A stretch of 64,000 nt of DNA from Anaerolineales bacterium (GCA_047602145.1 JASGIA010000001.1:803062-867061); one strand, 5' to 3'; positions 7,470 through 17,470 are shown, counted from the first letter of the stretch. Program-made: numbers and translations. Notes: generated from the letters alone by a model not told the origin.

Positions 7470-9584
7470 ATGATAAAAGAGACAACTCTCCACCCGACCA
7501 ATTTATTTCTTAATCGCGAACTTAGCCTGCTCGAATTCCAGCGCCGCGTGCTCGACGAAGCGCTAGATGAGCGCAATCCGCTTCTCGAACGCCTGAAATT
7601 TCTCGCCATCTTCGGCTCGAACATGGACGAGTTCTTCATGGTGCGCGTTTCGGGCATTCGCAAGCAGGTCGAAGCGCATATCATGGAAGTCTTCCCGGAT
7701 GGCTTGACCCCGCCTGATGTGTTGGCAGCCGCGCGGAAGACATCTGAAGAGTTGTACAACACCGCCCTGCATTTTTTCAATAAGAAACTGCTCCCCAAGT
7801 TGGATAAAGTTGGCGTCCATATCATGGACTACAACAAGCTCAATGCCACGCAGTTGGAGAAGGTCAACGCGTATTACAATGAGATCGTCTACCCGGTGCT
7901 GACGCCGCTGGCGCTCGATTCGGGGCATCCCTTCCCACATATTTCCAATTTGAGTCTCAACCTTGCCATCGTGATCAGAGACAGCAAGGGACGTGAAAAA
8001 TTCGCCCGCGTAAAAGTACCTGATACCTTGCCGCGACTTATCCCCATCAAACGTTCCTCCGGTGCTTCACGCAAGGATGGTACAATTCCCTATCACCATT
8101 ATTTTGTCTGGCTCGAACAGGTCATCATGGCGAACCTGGCGCCGCTCTTCCCCGGCATGGAAGTGGTCTCGGCGCATCCCTTCCGCATTATCCGCGATGC
8201 CGATGTGGAGATACAGGAACTCGAAGCGGATGATCTGCTCGAAACCATGCAGCAAAGCATTCGCCGACGCAAGTTCGGTTCCGTGGTGCAGGTGAAGATC
8301 TACGATAGTATGCCGCAGAATATTCGCGAACTGTTGATCGAAAATCTGGAAATTCGCCAGAACGATATTTATGTCACCTCGGCTCCGCTTGGCTTGAGCA
8401 GTTTGTGGCAGGTGTACGAGAATGTCGAACGGCATGACTTGAAATTTCCCATTTATCATCCATCTGTGCCAAAAGTGTTCGATAACGCGGTGCTGGCAGG
8501 CGATATCTTTGACATCATCAAAAAGCGCAACATTCTGCTGCATCATCCCTATAACTCGTTCAGCCCCGTCGTTGATTTCCTCAAAGCCGCCGCGCGCGAC
8601 CCGCACGTGCTGGCGATCAAACAGACCCTCTACCGCGTGGGGCAAAATGCTCCTGTGGTCGAAGCCTTGCTCGAAGCCAGTGAAATGGGCAAACAGGTGG
8701 CTGTGCTGGTGGAACTCAAAGCGCGTTTCGATGAAGAGAGTAACATCGGTTGGGCGAAGATGCTGGAGCAGGCAGGCGTCCATGTGGTGTATGGATTAGT
8801 GGGACTCAAAACACACTGCAAAGTGACCATGGTCATCCGTAAAGAAGGCGATGGTATCCAACGCTACCTGCATCTTGGCACGGGCAATTACAACGCGGTC
8901 ACGGCACAGATCTATGAAGATATCGGTCTCTTCACCTGTGACGAAGCCATGGGCGCCGATGTCACTGACCTGTTCAACTATCTCACCGGTTATTCCACAA
9001 AACAAAGTTTCAAAAAATTGTTGGTTGCTCCCATCAACTTGCGTCAGGGACTCGAGAAGTTAATTCGTCGTGAGATCGGTCATGCCAAAGACGGGCATCA
9101 TGCGCATTTGATCTTCAAGGTCAATTCTGTGGTTGATCCGCAGTTCATCGAATTGTTATATGAAGCGTCACAGGCGGGCGTCAAAGTGGACCTGCTGGTG
9201 CGTGGCATGTGTTGTCTGCGCCCCGGTCTCAAAGGTATAAGCGACAATATCAAGGTCATCAGCATCGTCGGGCGCTACCTCGAACACAGCCGTGTCTTTT
9301 ACTTCCACAACAACGGCAAGGAAGAGATCTACATGGGCAGCGCCGACCTGATGAGTCGCAATCAGGATCACCGCGTCGAGGTGGTCTTCCCGGTCGAAAG
9401 CAAGGAACACATCGATTATCTGCGCCACGGTATGCTGGCGACCTACTTCAGCGACAACGTCCGTGCCCGTGTGATGAAACCCGATGGCACTTACGTGAGA
9501 TTGAATCCGCCCAGCGAGAACAAAGCCGTGGATATTCAAGTATGGTTGATGAAGAATAATTTCAGGATAAAGAAACCGAAATAA
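7470..9584 (+). CDS. ppk: polyphosphate kinase 1
   Basis: 704 aa; N-terminal LNRELSLLEFQRRVLDEA and two PLD-like HKD regions typical of PPK1. Confidence 0.95.
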   Translation: MIKETTLHPTNLFLNRELSLLEFQRRVLDEALDERNPLLERLKFLAIFGSNMDEFFMVRVSGIRKQVEAHIMEVFPDGLTPPDVLAAARKTSEELYNTALHFFNKKLLPKLDKVGVHIMDYNKLNATQLEKVNAYYNEIVYPVLTPLALDSGHPFPHISNLSLNLAIVIRDSKGREKFARVKVPDTLPRLIPIKRSSGASRKDGTIPYHHYFVWLEQVIMANLAPLFPGMEVVSAHPFRIIRDADVEIQELEADDLLETMQQSIRRRKFGSVVQVKIYDSMPQNIRELLIENLEIRQNDIYVTSAPLGLSSLWQVYENVERHDLKFPIYHPSVPKVFDNAVLAGDIFDIIKKRNILLHHPYNSFSPVVDFLKAAARDPHVLAIKQTLYRVGQNAPVVEALLEASEMGKQVAVLVELKARFDEESNIGWAKMLEQAGVHVVYGLVGLKTHCKVTMVIRKEGDGIQRYLHLGTGNYNAVTAQIYEDIGLFTCDEAMGADVTDLFNYLTGYSTKQSFKKLLVAPINLRQGLEKLIRREIGHAKDGHHAHLIFKVNSVVDPQFIELLYEASQAGVKVDLLVRGMCCLRPGLKGISDNIKVISIVGRYLEHSRVFYFHNNGKEEIYMGSADLMSRNQDHRVEVVFPVESKEHIDYLRHGMLATYFSDNVRARVMKPDGTYVRLNPPSENKAVDIQVWLMKNNFRIKKPK

Positions 9585-9604
9585 AAATGTCCTGCTAAAA
9601 AGAC

Positions 9605-9657
9605 CGTCCCGCAGGTTTTCTCGAAAAACTTTGTTTTGAGATCAAACCTGCGGGACG
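9605..9657. terminator. bidirectional rho-independent terminator; copy 1 of a repeated palindromic element (CGTCCCGCAGGTTT-25 nt-AAACCTGCGGGACG)
   Basis: Perfect 14-bp inverted arms, T-run on the plus side and A/T on the minus side, between convergent ppk and phoR. A near-identical element is at 29565..29617. Confidence 0.7.
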
Positions 9658-9660
9658 TTT

Positions 9661-10875
9661 TTATGCTACTGGCATCGTGAAATAAAACGCACTGCCTTTT
9701 CCTTCCACACTCTCCGCCCAGATCTTTCCCCCGTGTGCTTCGACAATATGTTTTGCGATGGATAATCCGAGTCCGGTTCCACTCCCTGCTCTGGATTTAT
9801 CGACCCGATAGAAGCGTTCAAAGATGCGGGACACATCCTCCGCTGGGATTCCGATCCCCGTATCCCGAACCGCGAATCGGACTACGCCCGGTTCTGGTTC
9901 CGCTATAAGGACGATCTCTCCGCCCGCGCGTGTGAACTTGACCGCGTTGTGGATGAGATTCACCAGTACTTGTTCCAGTCTTTGTGAATCAATTTTGATT
10001 TTTGGCAGATTATCCGCACACTCCACACGCAGAGTCAATCCTGCGCGTTCGGCTTGTAGTTGCATCCGTTGGGAAGCAGAGTCCAATAACTCGAATGGCG
10101 AGACAGGTTTGAGTTCCAGAGAGAAGCGTCCCGATTCGATGCGCGAAAGTTCCAGTAGTTCGGTCACCATCTGGGTCAGTGCATCCACTTCCACTTGAAT
10201 TTGATCCGTGAATCGACGCGCAGCCGGAGGGTCATCCAACGCTCCGTCCAACAGAGTTTCGGTGAGCGCTTTGAGAGATGCGAGCGGAGTACGCAGTTCG
10301 TGCGAGAGATTGCTGATGAAATCGCGCCGCACCGTTTCTAGACGGCGGATGCGTGTGAGATCCTGCACCAACAGCAGACTTCCGCTCGAATGCTGATCCG
10401 GTATAACGACGAGTTGCAAATATTGATGGCGCGTGGGCAGTTCAACCGACTCGCTTTGCATCTGCCGCGTCTGCTGACAGCGCCGCCACGTTTCGACAAG
10501 CTGGTGGTTGCGGATCACTTCGGCAAGACTGCGGTTGACCGGTTCGGAGGCTTGAAAGAGTCTCCCTGCGGCAGGGTTCGCAAACTGAACAATACCTTGC
10601 GCATCCGCGATCAACACGCCGTCGGTGATCTGGTCGAGGACGGTGGCGAGACGGGCGCGCTCGGCGTCGAGAGTCGAAAGTCGAAGGTCAAAGGTCGAAA
10701 TGAGCGAAGTGATGGCGCTGGATAGATTTTCGAGTTCTTTGATATTGGTACTGGTTATTTGATTGCGTGCCTGCCTTGCAAATTCATCCACCTCACGGCG
10801 CAGTCGATAATATCGCCACGCAAACCATGCCGCGACTATTAGAAAAATTCCTGCCAGGATGATAGGGTAATTCAT
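9661..10875 (-). CDS. phoR: phosphate regulon sensor histidine kinase PhoR-like (TM-PAS-HisKA-HATPase)
   Basis: 404 aa with a HisKA H-box (NLSHELRTPL) and HATPase_c G-boxes, downstream of an OmpR-family regulator in the Pho cluster. Confidence 0.8.
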   Translation of the reverse strand: MNYPIILAGIFLIVAAWFAWRYYRLRREVDEFARQARNQITSTNIKELENLSSAITSLISTFDLRLSTLDAERARLATVLDQITDGVLIADAQGIVQFANPAAGRLFQASEPVNRSLAEVIRNHQLVETWRRCQQTRQMQSESVELPTRHQYLQLVVIPDQHSSGSLLLVQDLTRIRRLETVRRDFISNLSHELRTPLASLKALTETLLDGALDDPPAARRFTDQIQVEVDALTQMVTELLELSRIESGRFSLELKPVSPFELLDSASQRMQLQAERAGLTLRVECADNLPKIKIDSQRLEQVLVNLIHNAVKFTRAGGEIVLIAEPEPGVVRFAVRDTGIGIPAEDVSRIFERFYRVDKSRAGSGTGLGLSIAKHIVEAHGGKIWAESVEGKGSAFYFTMPVA

Positions 10876-10995
10876 AAAATCTTAGCCACGGATTTCACAA
10901 ATTGGCACGGATTTTAAAACAGTCCGTGAATATCAGTGCAATCGGCGGCAAATATTCTTCAATCGTAAATCCAAAATCGCAAATCGTAAATTGCT

Positions 10996-11706
10996 TTATC
11001 CCTCAAATCGATACCCCCCGCCTCTCACCGTGACGATCCGCTTTGGATCACTCGCATCCTCTTCGATCTTTTGCCTGAGCCAGCGCACATGCACATCCAC
11101 GGTACGGCTGTCGCCGATGAAGTCCCAGCCCCAGACGCGTTCAAGGATGAATTCACGCGAGAGCATTTGTCCTTTGTGTTCGGCGAAGAAGACCAGCAGC
11201 TCATATTCCTGCGGCTTGAGTGGAATCGGTTCTCCTTCGAGTGTCACTTCGCGGCGGGTGAGATTGACAATGAGATTCCCGAATTTGAGTTTCTCCTGTT
11301 GTTTCTGCGTCGGTTCCGCTTTGGCGAGTTCTTCACGCAGAAGACGCGAACGCCGCAGCTGTGCTTTGACTCGCGCCATCAACTCGCGCATAGAAAAGGG
11401 CTTTGTCAAGTAATCATCTGCACCCACCTCGAGACCCACCACCCGGTCGATCTCGTCATCGCGGGCGGTGAGCATCAGGATGGGAGTGGTCATTTCCTTG
11501 CGTAGGATGCGCGCTACTTCGAAGCCATCCAGTTCAGGGAGCATGATGTCAAGCAGGATCAGATCAGGCTTCAGTTTGCGAGCGGAATCGAGCGCGGAGC
11601 GTCCATCACCGACCGCTTCGACGGTGAAGCCGTCCTTTTTGAGATTATAGGAAAGGGTCTCTCGCAGAGCGAGCTCATCTTCTACAACAAGAATAGTTTC
11701 AGGCAT
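10996..11706 (-). CDS. phoP: OmpR-family response regulator, PhoB/PhoP-like
   Basis: Receiver domain (LVVEDE…DIMLPELDG…LTAR) plus a winged-helix trans_reg_C domain (…[25 protein letters not shown]). Confidence 0.85.
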   Translation of the reverse strand: MPETILVVEDELALRETLSYNLKKDGFTVEAVGDGRSALDSARKLKPDLILLDIMLPELDGFEVARILRKEMTTPILMLTARDDEIDRVVGLEVGADDYLTKPFSMRELMARVKAQLRRSRLLREELAKAEPTQKQQEKLKFGNLIVNLTRREVTLEGEPIPLKPQEYELLVFFAEHKGQMLSREFILERVWGWDFIGDSRTVDVHVRWLRQKIEEDASDPKRIVTVRGGGYRFEG

Positions 11707-11763
11707 GGGTTAACAATACCACGAAACTATTCTTGAGTTCGTTAATGGAGTGTTAAGGGCACG

Positions 11764-12705
11764 CTACCTGACAGTAATGATCTCTGCGTCAGATGCACAG
11801 TCGGTATCTCCTGGACCTCGACAGACTTGAACCACAACTTTGTAATCCCCTGCATTCCCAAAACGGTAATTAAACAATCCATTTCCGCTCCGTTCGGGGT
11901 TGTTGAGCAGGTTGGAGCCCTGATACACATACCAGGTGTAGTTACATACTCCGCAATTAAAGGTGGTACCGCTGGCATCAATGAAAAAAGAGCTTCTAGC
12001 ATCAAGATTTACTTTTAGAGGATGTTTTCCATCTGTCTTATCTGCGTATAACTGCACATCCATTCCTGTGCGTAAGCCTGAGGTAATTGTTTCAGGTGTG
12101 TTTTCTGGTGTTGGAGACACTGGTTCCTTACTTGATGGGTCATTATTCGTTTCGGTAGGACATGGAAGTTGGGTACTGCCTCCGGATTCTATTTTAAAGT
12201 TGGAACGGTATCGGAAGGGAATCATGGCTTGCTGTCCGCCAACAGTTACAATAGCCTGCCCAATTTCCCAAACTTCCAAATGTCGAATTGTATGCTGCAT
12301 ATTGGTACCGGCTTCTGCTTTTACCGTTATAGAATGAGTAATGGTTTCAGATGTGCCATAAGATTGACCGAACTGGGTTGCGACAGTAGCGCCGAGTTCG
12401 ACATCGGTCCCAGCAAACCCGAGTTGCCCGTTGGCATTTACAGACATCCCATTTTGCACTTCCATAACATATTCAATGGTCCTTGATTTTGACACCTCAT
12501 TTTCTATTTCAGCAGTGCCTCCACAGTTGTTTTGAGATACTGTTTCTGTGCCAACTTCATTTGTCTCTGATCCCATCGTTTGGATTTCAATATTCACATT
12601 GGGATTAATGCCTGGAGTTGCCACAGCAGGCGGTTGGGCAGTACCACAACTTGCGACGATAAAAGGAAATAGGATTAACAGTGTCAGAAGTTCTTTTCGT
12701 TTCAT
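11764..12705 (-). CDS. secreted lipoprotein with C-terminal PKD-like domain (start trimmed to MKRKELLTLL, which has an AAGGAGG RBS)
   Basis: Lipoprotein signal (FIVASCG), Thr/Ser-rich middle region, C-terminal PKD-like beta domain; directly upstream of phoP on the same strand. Confidence 0.6.
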   Translation of the reverse strand: MKRKELLTLLILFPFIVASCGTAQPPAVATPGINPNVNIEIQTMGSETNEVGTETVSQNNCGGTAEIENEVSKSRTIEYVMEVQNGMSVNANGQLGFAGTDVELGATVATQFGQSYGTSETITHSITVKAEAGTNMQHTIRHLEVWEIGQAIVTVGGQQAMIPFRYRSNFKIESGGSTQLPCPTETNNDPSSKEPVSPTPENTPETITSGLRTGMDVQLYADKTDGKHPLKVNLDARSSFFIDASGTTFNCGVCNYTWYVYQGSNLLNNPERSGNGLFNYRFGNAGDYKVVVQVCRGPGDTDCASDAEIITVR

Positions 12706-12820
12706 TTTGTCCTCCTTGATGCGGTGTAGAACTTTACTGTGCTTGAGTGGGCGACCAATGCCCCGTATTGGATGGTCTTCAACTATCCATAAACCTTTCA
12801 CGCTAAAATATCCGTTAGCT

Positions 12821-12848
12821 ATTGTAGTACGATGAATAGCTTTGTCAA
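12821..12848 (-). promoter_or_regulatory. sigma70-type promoter (TTGACA-N16-TACAAT) for the lipoprotein-phoP-phoR transcription unit
   Basis: Reverse complement reads cTTGACAaagctattcatcgtacTACAATagc. Confidence 0.5.
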
Positions 12849-12938
12849 GAATTTGACCCCCAGAATGAAACTAATTCTTAATTCTCCTGCAATCTTTTTT
12901 AGGTAGAATCTATCCAGTTTCCAGCATCTATTCATCCA

Positions 12939-13457
12939 ATGGCAAAAGAATTCTATTTTTCCTGGCAATGGGATCTGCAATCTCCCCCTGAGACGATCTG
13001 GCAATACGCCTCAGATACGAACCGTTTTAACCGCGACACCGGTCAACCTGAGATCGAGATGCTCAGCAACCTAATGGGTACCAAGAAATTGCGCATGAAA
13101 CTCCCTGTCCTTCAGGTGGAGTGGGAGGAAGAACCTTTCGAGTGGACCTATCCGTACTCCTTTGGGGTTGTCCGCAGGTATGGCAAAGGTCCGTTGCTGG
13201 AGATGCGCGCGCAGGTGAGCTTGGATCCGCTTCCCAATGGCGGTACCCACCTCCATTACCAGACGTGGATGGTCCCACGATACTTCTTTGCACGGTTGGG
13301 TATTCCTTTTGCTATTGGTGTAGTTGCTAAAAACAGGTTTGAGAAAGCCTTCCGTTCCTACGACCGTGTTGCTAAAAAAGGTGACCTGCTGTTTACGCCA
13401 AAGCCTCAGCGTGGAACTCACTTCCAGAGGGCGAGCCAGGTTCAGGTCCGAGAGTGA
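12939..13457 (+). CDS. N-terminal (SRPBCC/START-like?) domain ORF, probably the 5' part of a larger cyclase gene
   Basis: 172-aa ORF overlapping the next ORF by 134 nt in another frame; both reading frames look protein-like across the overlap. Confidence 0.45.
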   Translation: MAKEFYFSWQWDLQSPPETIWQYASDTNRFNRDTGQPEIEMLSNLMGTKKLRMKLPVLQVEWEEEPFEWTYPYSFGVVRRYGKGPLLEMRAQVSLDPLPNGGTHLHYQTWMVPRYFFARLGIPFAIGVVAKNRFEKAFRSYDRVAKKGDLLFTPKPQRGTHFQRASQVQVRE

Positions 13458-14739
13458 GGCGGTGGTTCGTCAGGGTACGGAGCGGGCGCTGGTGGAACGT
13501 CTCGAAGAGTTTCTCGATCAGGCTGATGAGTTATCCCTCCACCGCATCCGTCCGTATTTGCTTGCCGATAGTTGGAAGGTAAATCGACGCGTGGCTCTCG
13601 AAATGTTTTTGCGTGCCACACGTGCAGGTATTCTGGATATGTCGTGGGACTTGCTTTGTCCATCCTGTCGCGGCACCACGGAGGGACATACCAATCTTGG
13701 CGATGTACACGGAAGCTCCCATTGTCCAACGTGTCAGATCGATTTCACAGTGAACTTCGATCACAATATTGAAGTGGTCTTCAAGCCGAACCCATCGGTG
13801 CGGACGGTGGAATTTAGTGCAGCATTTTGCATGGGAAGTCCGCAATTACAGCCGCATGTTGTGATGTCGCAAAGTGTTGCACCGCTTCGTTCTCTGCCTG
13901 TGCCGCTTCAACTCGAAACCGGACGCTACACCCTGCGCGTCTCGAATGCTCCTGGTTCTACTTCTTTGTATGCCGATGCGGATGGTGGAGCGAAAGCAGA
14001 CCTGCGCGTTTCTCAATATGGATGGTCTCCCGACGGGCAACACGTCTCGCTTCTTCCCACCCTGAACCTGATCAATGCTACGGAAGCGGATCAGACATTT
14101 CAGTTGGAGCGTACCGCCTGGAGCGATCAAGCCGCGACCGCTGCCGATGTGACTGCCTTACAGGTCTTCCGTGATCTGTTCGCCACCGAAGTGGTGCGAC
14201 CTGGCGAGGAGATTTCCATTGGCTCTGTAACGTTGATGTTCACCGACCTGCGCAACTCAACTCGTCTCTATCGTAAGATCGGCGATGCTTCTGCTTTTGG
14301 ACGTGTGCGCGAACATTTTGATGTGCTGGAAAAAGCGATCGCTGAAGAAGGCGGAGCGATCGTCAAGACCATGGGTGACGCGGTCATGGCAACCTTCCGT
14401 CATCCGATCGACGCGCTGAAGTCGGTCTGGAAGGCGCAAACCGAGATCGCCAAGTACGGCGAGCCTATGCTCTGGCTCAAGGTGGGACTGCATAAAGGTC
14501 CATGCATCGTTGTCAATTTGAATGATCGTTTGGATTATTTCGGCTCGACGGTCAATACCACGGCACGATTGCCTGGCTTTTCCAAAGGCGGCGAATTGAT
14601 CTTCTCAGAAGAGTTCTACAACGACCCTGAGATTCGAAATTTTATAGCGCAGAATATTTCCCCCAACGCGCTGACTCAATTTACGGGCGAATTGAAAGGA
14701 TTTGACGAACCATTTAATTTGTGGAAGTTGAGAGTATAG
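13324..14739 (+). CDS. class III adenylate/guanylate cyclase (CHD catalytic domain) with Cys-rich (CPSC…CPTC) and unknown middle domains
   Basis: C-terminal FTDLRNSTRLY…MGDAVMATF…NTTARL is the nucleotidyl cyclase CHD. A frameshift relative to the 12939 ORF is likely near 13400-13450. Confidence 0.75.
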   Translation: MLKTGLRKPSVPTTVLLKKVTCCLRQSLSVELTSRGRARFRSESEAVVRQGTERALVERLEEFLDQADELSLHRIRPYLLADSWKVNRRVALEMFLRATRAGILDMSWDLLCPSCRGTTEGHTNLGDVHGSSHCPTCQIDFTVNFDHNIEVVFKPNPSVRTVEFSAAFCMGSPQLQPHVVMSQSVAPLRSLPVPLQLETGRYTLRVSNAPGSTSLYADADGGAKADLRVSQYGWSPDGQHVSLLPTLNLINATEADQTFQLERTAWSDQAATAADVTALQVFRDLFATEVVRPGEEISIGSVTLMFTDLRNSTRLYRKIGDASAFGRVREHFDVLEKAIAEEGGAIVKTMGDAVMATFRHPIDALKSVWKAQTEIAKYGEPMLWLKVGLHKGPCIVVNLNDRLDYFGSTVNTTARLPGFSKGGELIFSEEFYNDPEIRNFIAQNISPNALTQFTGELKGFDEPFNLWKLRV

Positions 14740-14827
14740 GGGCGGGGTCTCACCGCCCGTATTGTCGTATTCTGATTTTTGTGAAGTGAAAGATGAAAGA
14801 AGAAAGGCGGTTGTCTTCTCCCCTCTT

Positions 14828-15325
14828 TTATTGTTTGCCGATGACTTTTCCCATTTGCAGTGCGATGACAGCAAACAAGACCATCGCAAACGGAGCGATA
14901 GCCAGCAATATCCATATCTGTTTCCAGGTGATGATGTTTTCGAGCAGCGCGCGTTGGCAAATATAAATTGAAAATGGAACAGTGATCAACGTCGCACTGA
15001 CAACTCCCGGGCTATACATGCGAAACAGAATGGTGGATCCTATGTGGGGAAGGAAGGCATTAAAGAATAGAATCGCTTGAATTCCAAGTACGATCAAATA
15101 GCCAGTTGTATTGTGCAAATATTCAATTCCCCAGTATGCAAGTAGGAATCCACCCACCGTTAGGATGATCACGGCAATGACGAATTGCCGCGTGGAGTAA
15201 CTGACCGGCACTTTAAATGGCAATCGCTTTGACCATCGTTCCATGAACGGCGCTTCTTCCATGTTGTGAAGCGCGAAGAAGATCGGTACGAGCCAGAGTA
15301 AGCGTTCGAACGAAATGGAATTCAT
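14828..15325 (-). CDS. HXXEE domain-containing membrane protein
   Basis: HNMEE motif near the N-terminus, four predicted TM helices, 165 aa. Confidence 0.6.
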   Translation of the reverse strand: MNSISFERLLWLVPIFFALHNMEEAPFMERWSKRLPFKVPVSYSTRQFVIAVIILTVGGFLLAYWGIEYLHNTTGYLIVLGIQAILFFNAFLPHIGSTILFRMYSPGVVSATLITVPFSIYICQRALLENIITWKQIWILLAIAPFAMVLFAVIALQMGKVIGKQ

Positions 15326-16527
15326 CGGCGGGAAAGTAAATAGAAGGAGCCGCTTCCAGAAAGAGAAGCTCCCAGTTTTTCGGAATCCACGGACATGACT
15401 TTGCTGTTGGCAAAGAAACCGAAATCGAAGTTGGTCTCATCACCAGCTTTTTTGCCCGGTATGGGCATTAGCCGTGCTGTGAGAGGTTTATCAAGACGCA
15501 ATGCCAGGGCGCACAAGTCCAGCAGCAGGGGAATCAACTGTTCTGATGTTATGTCTCCTGGCAGCGGAACAGTGTCCAGCCCAGTTCCGCACACCGCGGA
15601 ATAGAGCAGCGCGTCTTTGATGGTAAGCGTCCCTTCAGCAGCGCGCTTGGCGAGGACCGAGTCTTCCAGCACCGGCTGCATGAAGCCACTGAAACCTGTG
15701 AGCGGAATGTTCGCACGGGATACGGCTTCGGTCAGAATGGCGGCAGCTGCCAGCGAGCCGTGCAGTCCGATGCGGGGTACACCCATCTTTTCCACGGCGT
15801 TACCAAGCGAATGAGCATCATCTGGGAAGGGAGCCAGTGAGAAGTCAATGCCATAGAATTTTACGCGCAGCGATTTGGCGATTTCAGTTAACTTCTTGCC
15901 ATGTTTTTCAATTTCACTGACAAGAGCATTTCTGCCTTCTTCCACGCTCCTGGCGTTTTCAAAAGCGTTCACTGCCAGATCTGCGGATTCGGTAGCAATA
16001 CCAAAAGCTGGTTTATTCTGATTGTGATACGCCGCCGGGAAGAATGGCGCTCCTGCCTCCACGTTTGCCAGCGCCGCAAATTGCAAGTTGGCAAATCCAT
16101 TTTCCTCCAGGGTTGCAGATTTAACGATCACCTCTGCACAGGCATGGATGGCAGCCAGGTCAATGCCGCGCGTTTTATCTGCCATCACGCCGCCGAAGAA
16201 AACATCCTTCGAGACAAAAATAGAATCAGGGATGACTTCGTAACTGCGCGGCATATCGGGCAGGGCAGGACCCAGCGAGACGTACCCAATGTTGATCTGC
16301 TTGGCGATGTCCGCAATACGGCTGGTATATTCCGGCAGCTTGCCAATATTTTCTTCGCCCAAAATTTTGGGAAATGGAATGGTCGCCAGACGGACGGTCT
16401 GCACTTCATATCCCGCCGCTTCATACGCAGATTTTGCCTTGGCAAGAAATTTTCCCGCCTTTTGCAGGATTTTTTCATCGAGAGGGTATGTTGGATTGCA
16501 AAAGTAAGTGATGGATCGGATTTTCAT
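15322..16527 (-). CDS. UPF0210 (DUF711) family protein
   Basis: 401 aa beginning MKIRSITYF, the hallmark N-terminus of the UPF0210 family; it overlaps the start of the downstream HXXEE gene. Confidence 0.65.
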   Translation of the reverse strand: MKIRSITYFCNPTYPLDEKILQKAGKFLAKAKSAYEAAGYEVQTVRLATIPFPKILGEENIGKLPEYTSRIADIAKQINIGYVSLGPALPDMPRSYEVIPDSIFVSKDVFFGGVMADKTRGIDLAAIHACAEVIVKSATLEENGFANLQFAALANVEAGAPFFPAAYHNQNKPAFGIATESADLAVNAFENARSVEEGRNALVSEIEKHGKKLTEIAKSLRVKFYGIDFSLAPFPDDAHSLGNAVEKMGVPRIGLHGSLAAAAILTEAVSRANIPLTGFSGFMQPVLEDSVLAKRAAEGTLTIKDALLYSAVCGTGLDTVPLPGDITSEQLIPLLLDLCALALRLDKPLTARLMPIPGKKAGDETNFDFGFFANSKVMSVDSEKLGASLSGSGSFYLLSRR

Positions 16528-16647
16528 ATTTTTACATAAATAGCTGAGTAGGATAATGCCAGTATCGAAACTACTTGTACATAAGATAGTATACGTTTAC
16601 ATAGGGCTTGTTGGTTTTGACACTTCCCGCAGATCATGCAGGATTGT

Positions 16648-17430
16648 TCAATCAGCGAAAAATTTTCTCTGTCTCACCACCTCAAACATCAACACCGACC
16701 CTGCCACCCCGGCATTCAGCGACTCAACATTCCCTGCCATCGGGATGCTGATTTTTCCCTTTGACAATCTACGTGCCTCATCACTTACCCCTTCTGCTTC
16801 ACCGCCGACGATCAATGCCAATGGCTGACGCAGGTCCATATCCCAGCAAGAAGTTCCGTCCATGTCTGCGATGTACGTTTGAACGTTTGCTGATTTGCTA
16901 ACCTGCTCGATCTCATCCCATTGCATGGAACAGATCGGCAGTCTGAAATGCGCACCCATCCCAGCGCGGAGAACCTTTGGTGCAAAAGCATCCGTTGTCT
17001 CAGGTGGAAGTAGAACTGCCTGAACACCCGTCGCTGCCGCGGAACGGAGCAATGTGCCAAGATTTCCCGGGTCACGGACTTGATCGGGGATCAGAACAAA
17101 ATCCAGCGTTTCTGGTAAAGGCAATTCGCTGTAATCCAGAACAGCTATCACGCCTTGTGGTGTCTCGGTATCGCTGAGCTTTTGCAACAAGTCACCGGCA
17201 ACTTCCTCGGTGTCAATGTGATTGGAGAATAATTTATTGAGCAGACTTCTGCCGCGGTCACTTAAACCATCAGTATACAAAGCAAACTGAAATTTCCAGC
17301 CTGCATTGACGGCTTCTTCGACCAGCCGTACGCCTTCTACGACAAAAGCGTTCGCTTCACGGCGCTCCTTGGCGCGTCCCATCAGAGAGCGGATAAGTTT
17401 GAGTTTTGGGTTTTGGGATGAAGTGATCAT
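16648..17430 (-). CDS. TrmH/SpoU-family RNA 2'-O-methyltransferase
   Basis: SpoU_sub_bind-like N-terminus plus C-terminal SPOUT motifs (…GNVESLNAGVAGSVLMFE). Confidence 0.8.
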   Translation of the reverse strand: MITSSQNPKLKLIRSLMGRAKERREANAFVVEGVRLVEEAVNAGWKFQFALYTDGLSDRGRSLLNKLFSNHIDTEEVAGDLLQKLSDTETPQGVIAVLDYSELPLPETLDFVLIPDQVRDPGNLGTLLRSAAATGVQAVLLPPETTDAFAPKVLRAGMGAHFRLPICSMQWDEIEQVSKSANVQTYIADMDGTSCWDMDLRQPLALIVGGEAEGVSDEARRLSKGKISIPMAGNVESLNAGVAGSVLMFEVVRQRKFFAD

Positions 17431-17470
17431 GAATGATGGTTAGTGGAAAATGGAAGATGGTTGTGGAGCA

